Assembly: GCA_965217585.1 (NCBI GenBank)
Contig: OZ244561.1
Coordinates: 1,344,001 to 1,408,000 of the forward strand
Reading direction: 5' to 3'
Length of the DNA stretch: 64,000 nucleotides
Origin: Candidatus Latescibacterota bacterium
Lineage (GTDB): Bacteria; Latescibacterota; UBA2968; UBA8231
The stretch's first letter is position 1; each line of letters begins with the position of its first letter. Positions 1 through 8,826 of the stretch are shown piece after piece. Both the position numbers and the translations under genes were made by a program. The notes under the pieces were generated by a model. That model was not told where the DNA came from. It ran no database searches and worked only from the letters and a program-made list of their open reading frames with translations.

Positions 1-1
1 T

Positions 2-916
2 CATGCCGTCGTCGGCGACCCAGGAGTGATGCGAGGCCTGCGACACGGCCGAACTGGCGATGCGGGCGTTGACACGGACATAACCCCGATCGGCTGCGGC
101 CCAATCTTCGTCCGGCAGGATAGTGCCGTTGTCTGGATCGAATTTGACCCGCCACACACCGCTGCCCCGCGCCACGTCAAACTGGGCGTTGTTGGTGATA
201 TAGGCGACGTTGGGATCGGCTGGGTCGGGCTGGTAGGAACTGATGTCCCAGTACTGGATTTCCTGACCGTGGCGCTCGTTCATCCAAGGAATCAGGAAGC
301 TTTCATAGGCCTCGGGGTTTTGGAAGTAGTCGAGGCCGAGTTCACCGCGGCGGATCTCCCACTCCGCCCCTTGGTTGGAGGTCCAGACCACGGGCGGATC
401 GACATTGAGATCGACCCGGTTGGTCATCCAGTACGAATGCGAGCTGCCCGGGCCAACCCAGGTGGGATTGGAGATATTGTCCAGAGCGAAGAGGTAGTAC
501 GTATAGGTGCCGGCCCCGACCTCGTTGCCATTGAAGTCCCGGCCATCCCAAGTGATGGAGTTGGCCCCTTCGCTGAAGGTCTGGCCGCCAGTGATGCTGA
601 GCAAGGTGTCGAGCCCAGCGGCGCGCAACATGGAATTGCCCACGCCACCTTCGCCAAAGGCCGCACCATCGTACTGGGGATTGGCGTCCCGGGAGTACAC
701 CGCCAAGTGCACTTCGGCCGGACCGCCGTTGAGCGTGAAGGGCAGCTCGACCGGACTGCCGTCAAAGGAAACATCGCGGGAGTCGAGCGTGAGGACATTG
801 GGCGTGCCGCTGCGCCAATCGTTGGCGCGATCGAAATTCGGATTGCCGGCCGTGCCCGACTGGGCCAAGGCAGTGCCGACAAAGACCAGAGAAAAGAGCA
901 CAGATAACATCTTCAT
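2..916 (-). CDS. Secreted protein with FlgD-type Ig-like domain, 5' part only (runs off the left window edge)
   Basis: Not in the ORF track. ATG at 916 with SD AGGAGG; reads MKMLSVLFSLVFVGTALAQ (signal peptide) ... EGANSITWDGRDFNGNEVGAGTYTYYL (FlgD-Ig-like motif); frame continues to position 2. Confidence 0.75.
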   Translation of the reverse strand, partial: MKMLSVLFSLVFVGTALAQSGTAGNPNFDRANDWRSGTPNVLTLDSRDVSFDGSPVELPFTLNGGPAEVHLAVYSRDANPQYDGAAFGEGGVGNSMLRAAGLDTLLSITGGQTFSEGANSITWDGRDFNGNEVGAGTYTYYLFALDNISNPTWVGPGSSHSYWMTNRVDLNVDPPVVWTSNQGAEWEIRRGELGLDYFQNPEAYESFLIPWMNERHGQEIQYWDISSYQPDPADPNVAYITNNAQFDVARGSGVWRVKFDPDNGTILPDEDWAAADRGYVRVNARIASSAVSQASHHSWVADDGM

Positions 917-1034
917 GAAACGGCCTCCTGGCCTAAGGGATTAGTGTCTGCGAAATGGACGAAATGTTGAAACGACTCTCAGTTCCACGAATCCGCCTTC
1001 TATGGCATTCATCGAATGGACAACGTTAGCGCAC

Positions 1035-1063
1035 AGCATATAAAAATTAAAGAAGGATGTCAA
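1035..1063 (-). promoter_or_regulatory. Sigma70-type promoter for the leftmost gene
   Basis: Minus strand TTGACA-17 nt-TATGCT. Confidence 0.7.
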
Positions 1064-1107
1064 AATAAAAACTCGGCCTCTAAAAAGTCCCTGTTGGCGC
1101 AGCTCGC

Positions 1108-2685
1108 TTATGGGGTCTGCTTGGAACGGACTAGGTCTAGAAAGGGCCGGATGCGCGGATAATCGGGCTGCAACTCGAGTACCTGTTCAAAGGCGGCCTC
1201 GGCTTCTGGGTAGCGCTGCAGATCAATCCAAGCCAAACCGAGTCCAAAACGAGCGTGGACGTGCCCGGGGTCGGTTGCTAGGACTTGCTCAAAGAGCGGC
1301 ACGGCCTGGGCGGGGCGCAGCCCGCGCACGTGGAGCATGCCCAATTCGAATCGCGCCTTGGTCCACCCAGGCTCGAGGACCAAAGCCTTCGTAAAGGCCG
1401 CGGTGGCCCGCTCATCGCCTCCGGCCTTGGCATGGGCCTGACCCAGGCGCAGATGGAAGCGCGCCGAATCCGGGGCTAGGGCCACGGCCCTTTCTAGGGC
1501 GGCAATGGCTTGGTCCGTCCGCCCCTGCCGGTCGTAGACCAAGCCTAGATCGGCGAGGATCCCAGCCATGCCCGGCTCGAGGGCCAAGGCTTTTTTGAAC
1601 TCTTCGATGGCCCGCTCGTACCGGCCGGCTTCGGTATAGGCCACGGCCAAGGCGCGGCGTTCTAGCGCTCCTTCGGGTTGTCGCTGGACCCGCAGTTGGG
1701 CCATATAGAGCGAGTCTTGCTCGCCTTCTTCGAGGGCGACAAAGCGCTCCTGAGCGCGCTGGCTAGCGGCGGTGCGGCCCAAAAGTTGGTAGGACTTGGC
1801 CAAGTTGTAGTAAGCCTGCCGGTAGCGCGGTTCGAGGGCGATGGCGCGCTCGTACGCCTCCACGGCTCTGGAGGGCGATCCCCGTTGATCTAGAACCCTC
1901 CCCAGGTTGTAGAACGCTTCGGCATCCGTGGAGTCGAGCCCGATGGCCGCCTGCAACGAGACGGCCGCTTTGTCCAAGTCGCCTTTTTCCAGATAGATGG
2001 CACCCAAGCGGCGATGCGCTGCCACTAGGCCTGTATCGAGTTCTAGGGAACGTTTATACGCAACTACAGCTTGGGAGGATAGATTCCGCAATTCGTAGGT
2101 GCGGCCCAGATTGTAGTGGAAATAGGCATTGGTCGGCTCGAGATCCACGGCCCTGTTCAGGGAGGCAATGGCCGCGTCGAGATCGGTGTAGCTAAGATTG
2201 GTGGGTTTATCCGTGGCCGTGGGTGCGCGCCGCGCATAGGCCACCCCGAGGTGAAAATGGGCCTCGGCGAATTCCGGGGCCAAGGCCGCGCTCTGCCGCC
2301 AGTGCTGGATGGCGTCGTTGTACTTGCCGATCCGAGCGTACACTTGTCCCAAGCCAAAGTGGGCCCGCACGCTGGCGGGGTGATTTTCCAGGACGACTTG
2401 GTAGAGCGCCACAGCGCGGGCGTATTCAGCCTGCTGGGCCAAGGCCGCGGCCAGATCGCAGTACATATCGGGATCGGCTCGGCCTTCCCGTATGGCCGCC
2501 TCTAGAGCACCGAGCGGCAGGGCCGACCGGGGACCGGAGCCATAGCGGGCGCGCAACTGATCCTGGCGTGCGGATGCCAGCTCGTATCTCTCGTCGGTGC
2601 AGCCACTGAGCGAGATGACCGCTAGCGCGAGCAAGAGCCGATAAGGCTGAGACCTATCACTGCGCCTGCAGGGCTCTATCCGCAT
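1108..2685 (-). CDS. TPR-repeat lipoprotein
   Basis: Many TPR units (AHFGLGQVY, AYYNLAKSY); lipobox ISLSGC; start at ATG 2685 after GGAG. Confidence 0.85.
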   Translation of the reverse strand: MRIEPCRRSDRSQPYRLLLALAVISLSGCTDERYELASARQDQLRARYGSGPRSALPLGALEAAIREGRADPDMYCDLAAALAQQAEYARAVALYQVVLENHPASVRAHFGLGQVYARIGKYNDAIQHWRQSAALAPEFAEAHFHLGVAYARRAPTATDKPTNLSYTDLDAAIASLNRAVDLEPTNAYFHYNLGRTYELRNLSSQAVVAYKRSLELDTGLVAAHRRLGAIYLEKGDLDKAAVSLQAAIGLDSTDAEAFYNLGRVLDQRGSPSRAVEAYERAIALEPRYRQAYYNLAKSYQLLGRTAASQRAQERFVALEEGEQDSLYMAQLRVQRQPEGALERRALAVAYTEAGRYERAIEEFKKALALEPGMAGILADLGLVYDRQGRTDQAIAALERAVALAPDSARFHLRLGQAHAKAGGDERATAAFTKALVLEPGWTKARFELGMLHVRGLRPAQAVPLFEQVLATDPGHVHARFGLGLAWIDLQRYPEAEAAFEQVLELQPDYPRIRPFLDLVRSKQTP

Positions 2686-3145
2686 ACTCCCGATCCTCGG
2701 GGAAGTCGACAAAGGGATGGGCACCAATTGAAATCAGCTTGGTAGCCGGATTCACGGTCAACCGAGCGTATTTTCCAAAGGGACGCCAGCGTTTCGCCTG
2801 GCTTTTGTCTATCTTCCTCGGCTCGTTCTTCGGCGGGTCAAGGCCAATGGTGCGGAAAGCCTCGGCTTCGTCAAAGGGCTCCATGGCGGCGAAATTATAA
2901 GTGACATAGACAATTTTGCCCTTTTTGATGACCGCGAACAGTTTCACTCCCCCAACATCCTCCCAGCGCATAAAACCCATGCGCTTTTCGGTTTCCTCTC
3001 TATACTGCTTCGGTTCTCCCAAGCGCACCTGCACCGCCGCGGGAGTGCTAGCCAGCAGAGCGTGGGCGTCCAGGGGTTTTTCCGGGGCACAGGCTGGGCC
3101 GAGAAGCAGGACTGCGACCCATAGGCAAAAGCCGGACCATTTCAT
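2657..3145 (-). CDS. Hypothetical lipoprotein
   Basis: MKWSGFCLWVAVLLLGPAC lipoprotein signal; overlaps the start of the TPR gene. Confidence 0.7.
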   Translation of the reverse strand: MKWSGFCLWVAVLLLGPACAPEKPLDAHALLASTPAAVQVRLGEPKQYREETEKRMGFMRWEDVGGVKLFAVIKKGKIVYVTYNFAAMEPFDEAEAFRTIGLDPPKNEPRKIDKSQAKRWRPFGKYARLTVNPATKLISIGAHPFVDFPEDREYADRALQAQ

Positions 3146-3278
3146 AGGGGGATTTTTTCGCTGTGATGCTCGGTGTCTTCTCGCCGAATTGGCGCAAGAA
3201 TAGGCGAGTTGGCCGGCTGCGTCAAGGTTTGCCGCGCGCTTGACAAATGCAGGGGCGCACTTCAGTTTCGGCCAAACC

Positions 3279-5213
3279 ATGGGCAACCAGTCAAAGGGTT
3301 TTTTCATCGCCTGCATTGGGCTGCTGACAAGCGCCAGTATCCACATGGGGTGCGGCGAACTCCGGCAAAAGCCCAATGTCGTGGTATTGCTGGTCGACAC
3401 GTTGCGCGCCGACCATCTCAAGTGCTACGGGTACCACAGGAACACGGCCCCGTTCCTCGAGGGACTAGCCCGCCGCGGCGCGATCTTCACCCAGTGTTAT
3501 GCTCCCTCCGACTATACCCCGGCTTCTACTGCCTCCTTGTTCACGGGGCAGTACCCGCTAGCGCACGGGTATCTCAACTCGCACTACGTCCTCGCCGAGA
3601 CCCACACCACCATGGCCGAAATCTTCCAGCGGCAGGGATATACCACGGCGGGATTTATCGCCAATGGCTTGGCCGGCGGGAAGTACCAGATGGACCAGGG
3701 GTTTGACCACTACTTTGAAAAGAACAGGGCCTCGGCCGCGGAACTGGTCGCCGCGGCATCCGCCTTCATTGAGCAACAGGCCGACGAACCCTTTTTCGCG
3801 TACCTGCATTTTCTCGATGTCCACGATCCCCACCGGATTCCCGGGGAATACCACGGCCGCTTCGCCGATCCGGCGGACTTTGCCTACGATATGCAAGACA
3901 CCCTCCAACTCGACAAATTCGTCATGCGGGCCTGGTGGGAGGCGGCGCAAGGATGGCGCGATCAGACTGTGGGATCCGAGCAGGTTGCGGCTTATTTTGC
4001 CGACTACGTCCAGCTCTACGATGCATCCATTTCTTACTGGGACGAGCACTTGGGGGCCTTGCTCGACCTTCTCGCCGTTCGGGGAATTGATCAGCGGACG
4101 ATCATCGTGGTGACCTCGGATCACGGGGAGCAGTTTCTCGAGCACGGCTATTTCGGACACGGCAATTCAGGCTATCAGGTCGGCTTGCACATCCCCTTTA
4201 TTATCTGCGATCCGCTGCACCCGAACATCGCCGGTTTGCAAATTGACAATCTGGTCAATGCCGTCGATATCCTGCCCACCTTGCTGGCCCGGCTCAATTG
4301 GCAAATTGCTCCGGCCGTGCAGGGCCAGGAGCGCTGGTCTTTGCTCGCGTCCGACGCGCCGGACGAGGTCGCCGAAAGCATTTATACAGAGGGGACCTTC
4401 ATGGCCAACCGGCCTTTCAGCACCTTGATCCAGACCTACCGGGAAGGGGAATGGAAGCTGCTGCTCGATCGCCTGCGGGATACCAAGGAACTCTACCATT
4501 TAAAAGAAGATCCGGGCGAACTTTGCGACCGCTTTGCCGAGCAGCCGGAAATCGCCGCCCAACTCTACGGCAAAATCCGCCAGTACTACAATGGCAACTT
4601 GCAGCTCTTCGCGCGACAACAACAGTCGCAAATGCCGTTGGCAGAGCAAAAATTGCAGGAGTTGCGAGCCTTGGGTTACATTACAGGGCGAGCCGGATTG
4701 CAGAGGCCGGCGGCGGAGTTTTTCCCTATGAAGCCGGTCCGCCTAAAAAGATTCGGCCCCTTTGGGGACGAAGAGGATTTGGGCAGGTTTTCCCCTGCGA
4801 TCGATTTTTTTCGCGGCCAAGTCGCTTGGGGACAAGTCATTGGCGGGTACAGCGATAGGGTGGGCCAACGGGATTCGGCCGGGGTTTGGTTCGATCGGCG
4901 GGCGACTTTTCTCATGCCCAACCAGCCCGTTGGGCAACGGGTGGTCGTCGAGCTGACCATTGATCCTATGGGAGGGGCTGACAATCCGACCCGGATCGAA
5001 GTCAAATTCAACGATAAACCCAGCGGAGCTTGGGCTCTCAATGGGGTCGGGCCCTATCGGCTCGAAGCGGCACTTCCCGCCTTTTTGCAGCAGAGCGCTT
5101 TCTTTTATCTGACCATTGAGGCCGACAACCGCTTCGTCATCCGCAAAGCAACATCGGTTCGCGACGATATATATGGGGCCATGCGAATTCGTAGATTGTA
5201 TCTGGAGGGATAA
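3279..5213 (+). CDS. Sulfatase-like hydrolase (alkaline phosphatase superfamily) with C-terminal extension
   Basis: PNVVVLLVDTLRADHL, SLFTGQYP, HFLDVHDP, TSDHGE, LRALGY motifs; N-terminal signal ending in Cys. Confidence 0.85.
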   Translation: MGNQSKGFFIACIGLLTSASIHMGCGELRQKPNVVVLLVDTLRADHLKCYGYHRNTAPFLEGLARRGAIFTQCYAPSDYTPASTASLFTGQYPLAHGYLNSHYVLAETHTTMAEIFQRQGYTTAGFIANGLAGGKYQMDQGFDHYFEKNRASAAELVAAASAFIEQQADEPFFAYLHFLDVHDPHRIPGEYHGRFADPADFAYDMQDTLQLDKFVMRAWWEAAQGWRDQTVGSEQVAAYFADYVQLYDASISYWDEHLGALLDLLAVRGIDQRTIIVVTSDHGEQFLEHGYFGHGNSGYQVGLHIPFIICDPLHPNIAGLQIDNLVNAVDILPTLLARLNWQIAPAVQGQERWSLLASDAPDEVAESIYTEGTFMANRPFSTLIQTYREGEWKLLLDRLRDTKELYHLKEDPGELCDRFAEQPEIAAQLYGKIRQYYNGNLQLFARQQQSQMPLAEQKLQELRALGYITGRAGLQRPAAEFFPMKPVRLKRFGPFGDEEDLGRFSPAIDFFRGQVAWGQVIGGYSDRVGQRDSAGVWFDRRATFLMPNQPVGQRVVVELTIDPMGGADNPTRIEVKFNDKPSGAWALNGVGPYRLEAALPAFLQQSAFFYLTIEADNRFVIRKATSVRDDIYGAMRIRRLYLEG

Positions 5214-5222
5214 GTTGAGTCT

Positions 5223-5912
5223 GTGGATCTCGTAAGCGAACTCTGGTACTCTATGGCCTTCACTGGCAAGGCCGTGGTGGTGATCTTGGCCGGCCTGTCC
5301 ATTTATTCCTATGCGGTCATGGTGGACCGCGGCTTAACTTTGCGCTGGACCCGGCAGCGTTCGGCCGCTTTTGCCCGTGAAATTGAGGAGGGCGGTCTGA
5401 TGCTAGGGGCAGTCGAAGCGGTGCAGGAATGCGCCCGTCGAGCCGAGCAAGACGGACATTGCCCCCTAGCGGGGGTGATCTCAGCCGCTCTGGCGGAGTA
5501 CGAGCTATTGGCGGAGGAAGGACAGGTCGATGCCGTGGTGCTGGAGGCCGTGGACGATGCGCTCGGCCGCTCGCTGGACAGCGTGGTCGCCAATCTGCGG
5601 GTCCGGCTCTCCGGCATGGCCACCATTGTGGGGGTCGCGCCCTTCTTGGGGCTTTTTGGCACAGTGACTGGATTGATCGCCGCTTTTCGCGGCATTGCCA
5701 CCGCAGGGGGCGGGGGCCTAGCCGAGGTATCGGGCGGGATCTCCGAAGCCCTCGTCACCACGGTTATCGGCCTGTTTGTCGCCATGCCCGCGCTGTGGGC
5801 GTACAATTTTTTTACCAACCGCATTGAGGCAATGTCGCTCGGGCTGGAAAACAACGCGGCCCGCATCGTCGGCCACGTGGTGCGGCGCGCGCTCAAGGCC
5901 AATCGCGCCTAG
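5223..5912 (+). CDS. exbB: MotA/TolQ/ExbB proton channel protein
   Basis: APFLGLFGTVTGLI and GISEALVTT motifs. Confidence 0.9.
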   Translation: MDLVSELWYSMAFTGKAVVVILAGLSIYSYAVMVDRGLTLRWTRQRSAAFAREIEEGGLMLGAVEAVQECARRAEQDGHCPLAGVISAALAEYELLAEEGQVDAVVLEAVDDALGRSLDSVVANLRVRLSGMATIVGVAPFLGLFGTVTGLIAAFRGIATAGGGGLAEVSGGISEALVTTVIGLFVAMPALWAYNFFTNRIEAMSLGLENNAARIVGHVVRRALKANRA

Positions 5913-5921
5913 TCAATAATC

Positions 5922-6350
5922 ATGGCCAGACGAAGCAAGCGCCGAACTCGCCACACCGAAGTGCGGCGCAGCCCCATGCCCGATATCACGCCCATCGTCA
6001 ATGTGGCGCTGGTGCTGTTGATTGTCTTCATGGTGGTCATGCCGCTCATTCAAGAGGGCATCTTGGTAGAAACGCCCGCAGCCCGCAATGCCCAAGAGAT
6101 CGTCGAGCAACTCGGCGCAGAGAGTTTGATTCTCTCCATTAAGGAAGACGGTTCCCTGTACATAAATTTGCACCAAGTGGCGCGGGCCGACCTCAAAAGC
6201 GAACTGGCCAGGGCCTACCACGGCAAGGAGGGCGAGCCCATCATCGTCAAAGGCTCCAAGAATCTACCCTATCGCGAAATACTCGACTTGATGGAAATCT
6301 GTCAGGAGATCGGGGCACCGGGAGTGGATTTAATGGTCAAAAAACCGTAA
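5922..6350 (+). CDS. exbD: ExbD/TolR family protein
   Basis: DITPIVNVALVLLIVFMV transmembrane motif. Confidence 0.85.
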   Translation: MARRSKRRTRHTEVRRSPMPDITPIVNVALVLLIVFMVVMPLIQEGILVETPAARNAQEIVEQLGAESLILSIKEDGSLYINLHQVARADLKSELARAYHGKEGEPIIVKGSKNLPYREILDLMEICQEIGAPGVDLMVKKP

Positions 6351-6367
6351 GCCAGCCTTACACTTCC

Positions 6368-6769
6368 ATGGCGCGACGGCACAGCAGGAAATTCGCCCGG
6401 GTAGAATCATCCATGAACGCGACCCCACTGGCGGACGTATCCCTTTCCTTGCTGCTGGGTTTCTTGGTGATCACCCCGATTATTCTGCAAACCTTGGCGA
6501 CCAAACTGCCCCAAGCGGGCGGGGTCGCTTCGGGGCAAGTTCGCCAAGATCCGAGGGTCGTTCTCACGGCAGAGGGCGAAATCCTGATCAACGACCAAGA
6601 GGTGAGCGAGGAAGAATTGCCGGCTAGGCTGGAAGAACTCTTTCCGCCTGAAGCCGATGTGGAGCGTCGAGTCGTGTTTACGGGATCAGGGGAAGTCCCG
6701 TACCGAGATGTGATCGGCCTACTCGATCTGCTCAAGGAAAACGGCGTCGAAACCATCGGCATCCGTTGA
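6368..6769 (+). CDS. exbD: ExbD/TolR family protein
   Basis: NATPLADVSLSLLLGFLVITP motif. Confidence 0.85.
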   Translation: MARRHSRKFARVESSMNATPLADVSLSLLLGFLVITPIILQTLATKLPQAGGVASGQVRQDPRVVLTAEGEILINDQEVSEEELPARLEELFPPEADVERRVVFTGSGEVPYRDVIGLLDLLKENGVETIGIR

Positions 6770-6771
6770 GC

Positions 6772-8826
6772 CTAGCTACCGCGCACGTAGTCAATCCGCA
6801 CCACGCGAGCGTCGTCGTTGTCGCCCCAGAAGCCACTGCCCCATTCCAACACGTACAGCGAGCCGTCGGGGCCAAACTGCATGGAGATGGGATGGATGAA
6901 TTCCATACTGTCCAAAAAGGGATTGATTTTGAGGATGTGCCCGTCCTCGTCCAGCTTGACCTCTTTAATCCAATTGCTGGCCCAGTCGTACATAAAGAGC
7001 GTGCCGTCGTAGTACGCCGGCAGCTTCTTGTTGCCCGCTGCGGCATCGTAGTAGTACACCGGACCGGCCAGCGCCGTGCGGCCACCGTCAGCGGTGATTG
7101 CCGGGAACGAGGACGAGGTGTCATACGGATACCAGACCCACGCCGCCTGCGCCGGGGGCAGCGCTTGCGACCCGGTATTGTTGGGCGACAGGTTTCTCGG
7201 TGCCCCGCAATCGAAGGGCATACCGGAACGTCCGGTGGTAAAATCGTAGGCCACGTAGGGCTGGTTGTCGCCAATACAGTAGGGCCAGCCAAAATTGCCC
7301 GCCGCCCGCGCCTCGTTCCACTCGTCCAAGCCAATCGGCCCCCGCTGCGGATCGGCTTGGCGGGCGTCGGGGCCGACATCGCCCCAGTAGAGCCAGCCGC
7401 GCTTGCGGTCAACCGACAGCCGGAAGGGGTTCCGCACGCCCATGACGTAAATCTCGGGCCGGCCTTCTTCGGCTGCGGCGAACAAATTGCCCGAGGGAAT
7501 GCTGTAGCTGCCGTCGGCCTGGGGTTTGATGCGCAGGATCTTGCCGCGCAGATCGGCGCTGTTGGCCGATGTGCGCTGGGCGTCCCAATCGCGCCGGCCC
7601 GGACGCTCGTCCAACGGACTGAACCCGTCCGAAGCAAAGGGGTTGGTATTATCGCCGACGCCGATATACAGGCTACCGTCCGGGCCAAATGCCAGCGCCC
7701 CTCCCGAGTGACAGCATTCGCGCCGTTGGGTGGGAATTTCCAGCAACACAACTTCGGAATCCAAGACCAGTTCATCGCCATCTAATTCAAAACGGGATAC
7801 ATGCTGCTTGGCTACTTCGCCGTGCGGCGAGTAAAACAGGTAGAGCCAATTATTGCGGACAAAATCTGGATCTAGGGCGATGCCCAGCAGGCCGTCTTCA
7901 AAGCCGGTCGATACCGCTAGCTGCCCGACCAGCCGGGTCAATCCTAGGTCGGGCCGATACACGTTCAGCCTCCCCTTGCGCTCGATGAAGAACACGCGCC
8001 CGTCGGGAGCCACCGCCAAGTCGATGGGATTTTCAGCCTCGTCATCGAGGACGACTTTTGCAAAATTGACATCCAACGTGGCTCCGCAATCGGCCGTGGT
8101 CACTCCTGTGGCGTACTCGATGCCGCCGAGGATATGCTGCATAAACAAGGGCTCGCCGTAGCTTTCGCGGGTGTGACCGCCGCCAGTGTACCAAGAGCGG
8201 CCGCCATCGTAGTCGTGGCACCAAGCAATGGGGTGGTCAAAACCGAGATTGCCGCCGTCGTAGCTGCTTTCGTCCAAGGTCGCCAAGACATGGACTCGCC
8301 CACGGGGATTGCGGCGGTAATTGTACCACTCGTCGCGCCGCTGCCAATGGGCGGACAAATGGTCCGTGGCCGGATGAACCCGGTCGGCCACTTGGACCTG
8401 GGCCTGTTGGATGGCCGGATGGCTATCGAAATAGGCCCCCACCAAGTCGCCGTACCAGGCCCAATCGTACTCGGTATCGGCCGCGGAGTGGATGCCGACA
8501 AAACCGCTGCCGCCGCGAATGTAGCGTTCGAAAGCCCGTTCTTGCTCAGCGGCCAGTACATCGCCAGTAGTATTGAGAAAGATTACCGCCCGGTAAGGAG
8601 CCAAACCCTCGTCAGTGAAACGCCCCGCGTCCTCGGTGGCCTCGACGGCAAAACCGTTTTCCCGCCCCAAGGCTTGGATGGCGGCAATGCCGTCGGCAAT
8701 GGAGTCGTGGCGGAAACCAGCGGTTTTGGTGAAGACTAGGACAGTTACATGCTGGTCGTCAAAGGGTCCCGCAAGGGCGCTAAAGGCGACGAGCAACAGC
8801 GCAAAAGGCCAACGTGTAGCTTTCAA
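6772..8826 (-). CDS. Secreted ThuA-domain / PQQ-dependent glucose-sorbosone dehydrogenase (GSDH) fusion
   Basis: VLVFTKTAGFRHDSI and RSWYTGGGH (ThuA); CCHSGGALAFGPDG, MGVRNPFR, NFGWPY (GSDH propeller). Confidence 0.85.
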   Translation of the reverse strand: MKATRWPFALLLVAFSALAGPFDDQHVTVLVFTKTAGFRHDSIADGIAAIQALGRENGFAVEATEDAGRFTDEGLAPYRAVIFLNTTGDVLAAEQERAFERYIRGGSGFVGIHSAADTEYDWAWYGDLVGAYFDSHPAIQQAQVQVADRVHPATDHLSAHWQRRDEWYNYRRNPRGRVHVLATLDESSYDGGNLGFDHPIAWCHDYDGGRSWYTGGGHTRESYGEPLFMQHILGGIEYATGVTTADCGATLDVNFAKVVLDDEAENPIDLAVAPDGRVFFIERKGRLNVYRPDLGLTRLVGQLAVSTGFEDGLLGIALDPDFVRNNWLYLFYSPHGEVAKQHVSRFELDGDELVLDSEVVLLEIPTQRRECCHSGGALAFGPDGSLYIGVGDNTNPFASDGFSPLDERPGRRDWDAQRTSANSADLRGKILRIKPQADGSYSIPSGNLFAAAEEGRPEIYVMGVRNPFRLSVDRKRGWLYWGDVGPDARQADPQRGPIGLDEWNEARAAGNFGWPYCIGDNQPYVAYDFTTGRSGMPFDCGAPRNLSPNNTGSQALPPAQAAWVWYPYDTSSSFPAITADGGRTALAGPVYYYDAAAGNKKLPAYYDGTLFMYDWASNWIKEVKLDEDGHILKINPFLDSMEFIHPISMQFGPDGSLYVLEWGSGFWGDNDDARVVRIDYVRGS

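Noticed and set aside
26-907. 293-aa plus-strand ORF, and similar long antisense ORFs such as 6766-7785, 9054-9905 and 39725-40633
   Set aside because: Shadow frames of well-supported opposite-strand genes in GC-rich DNA; no motifs.
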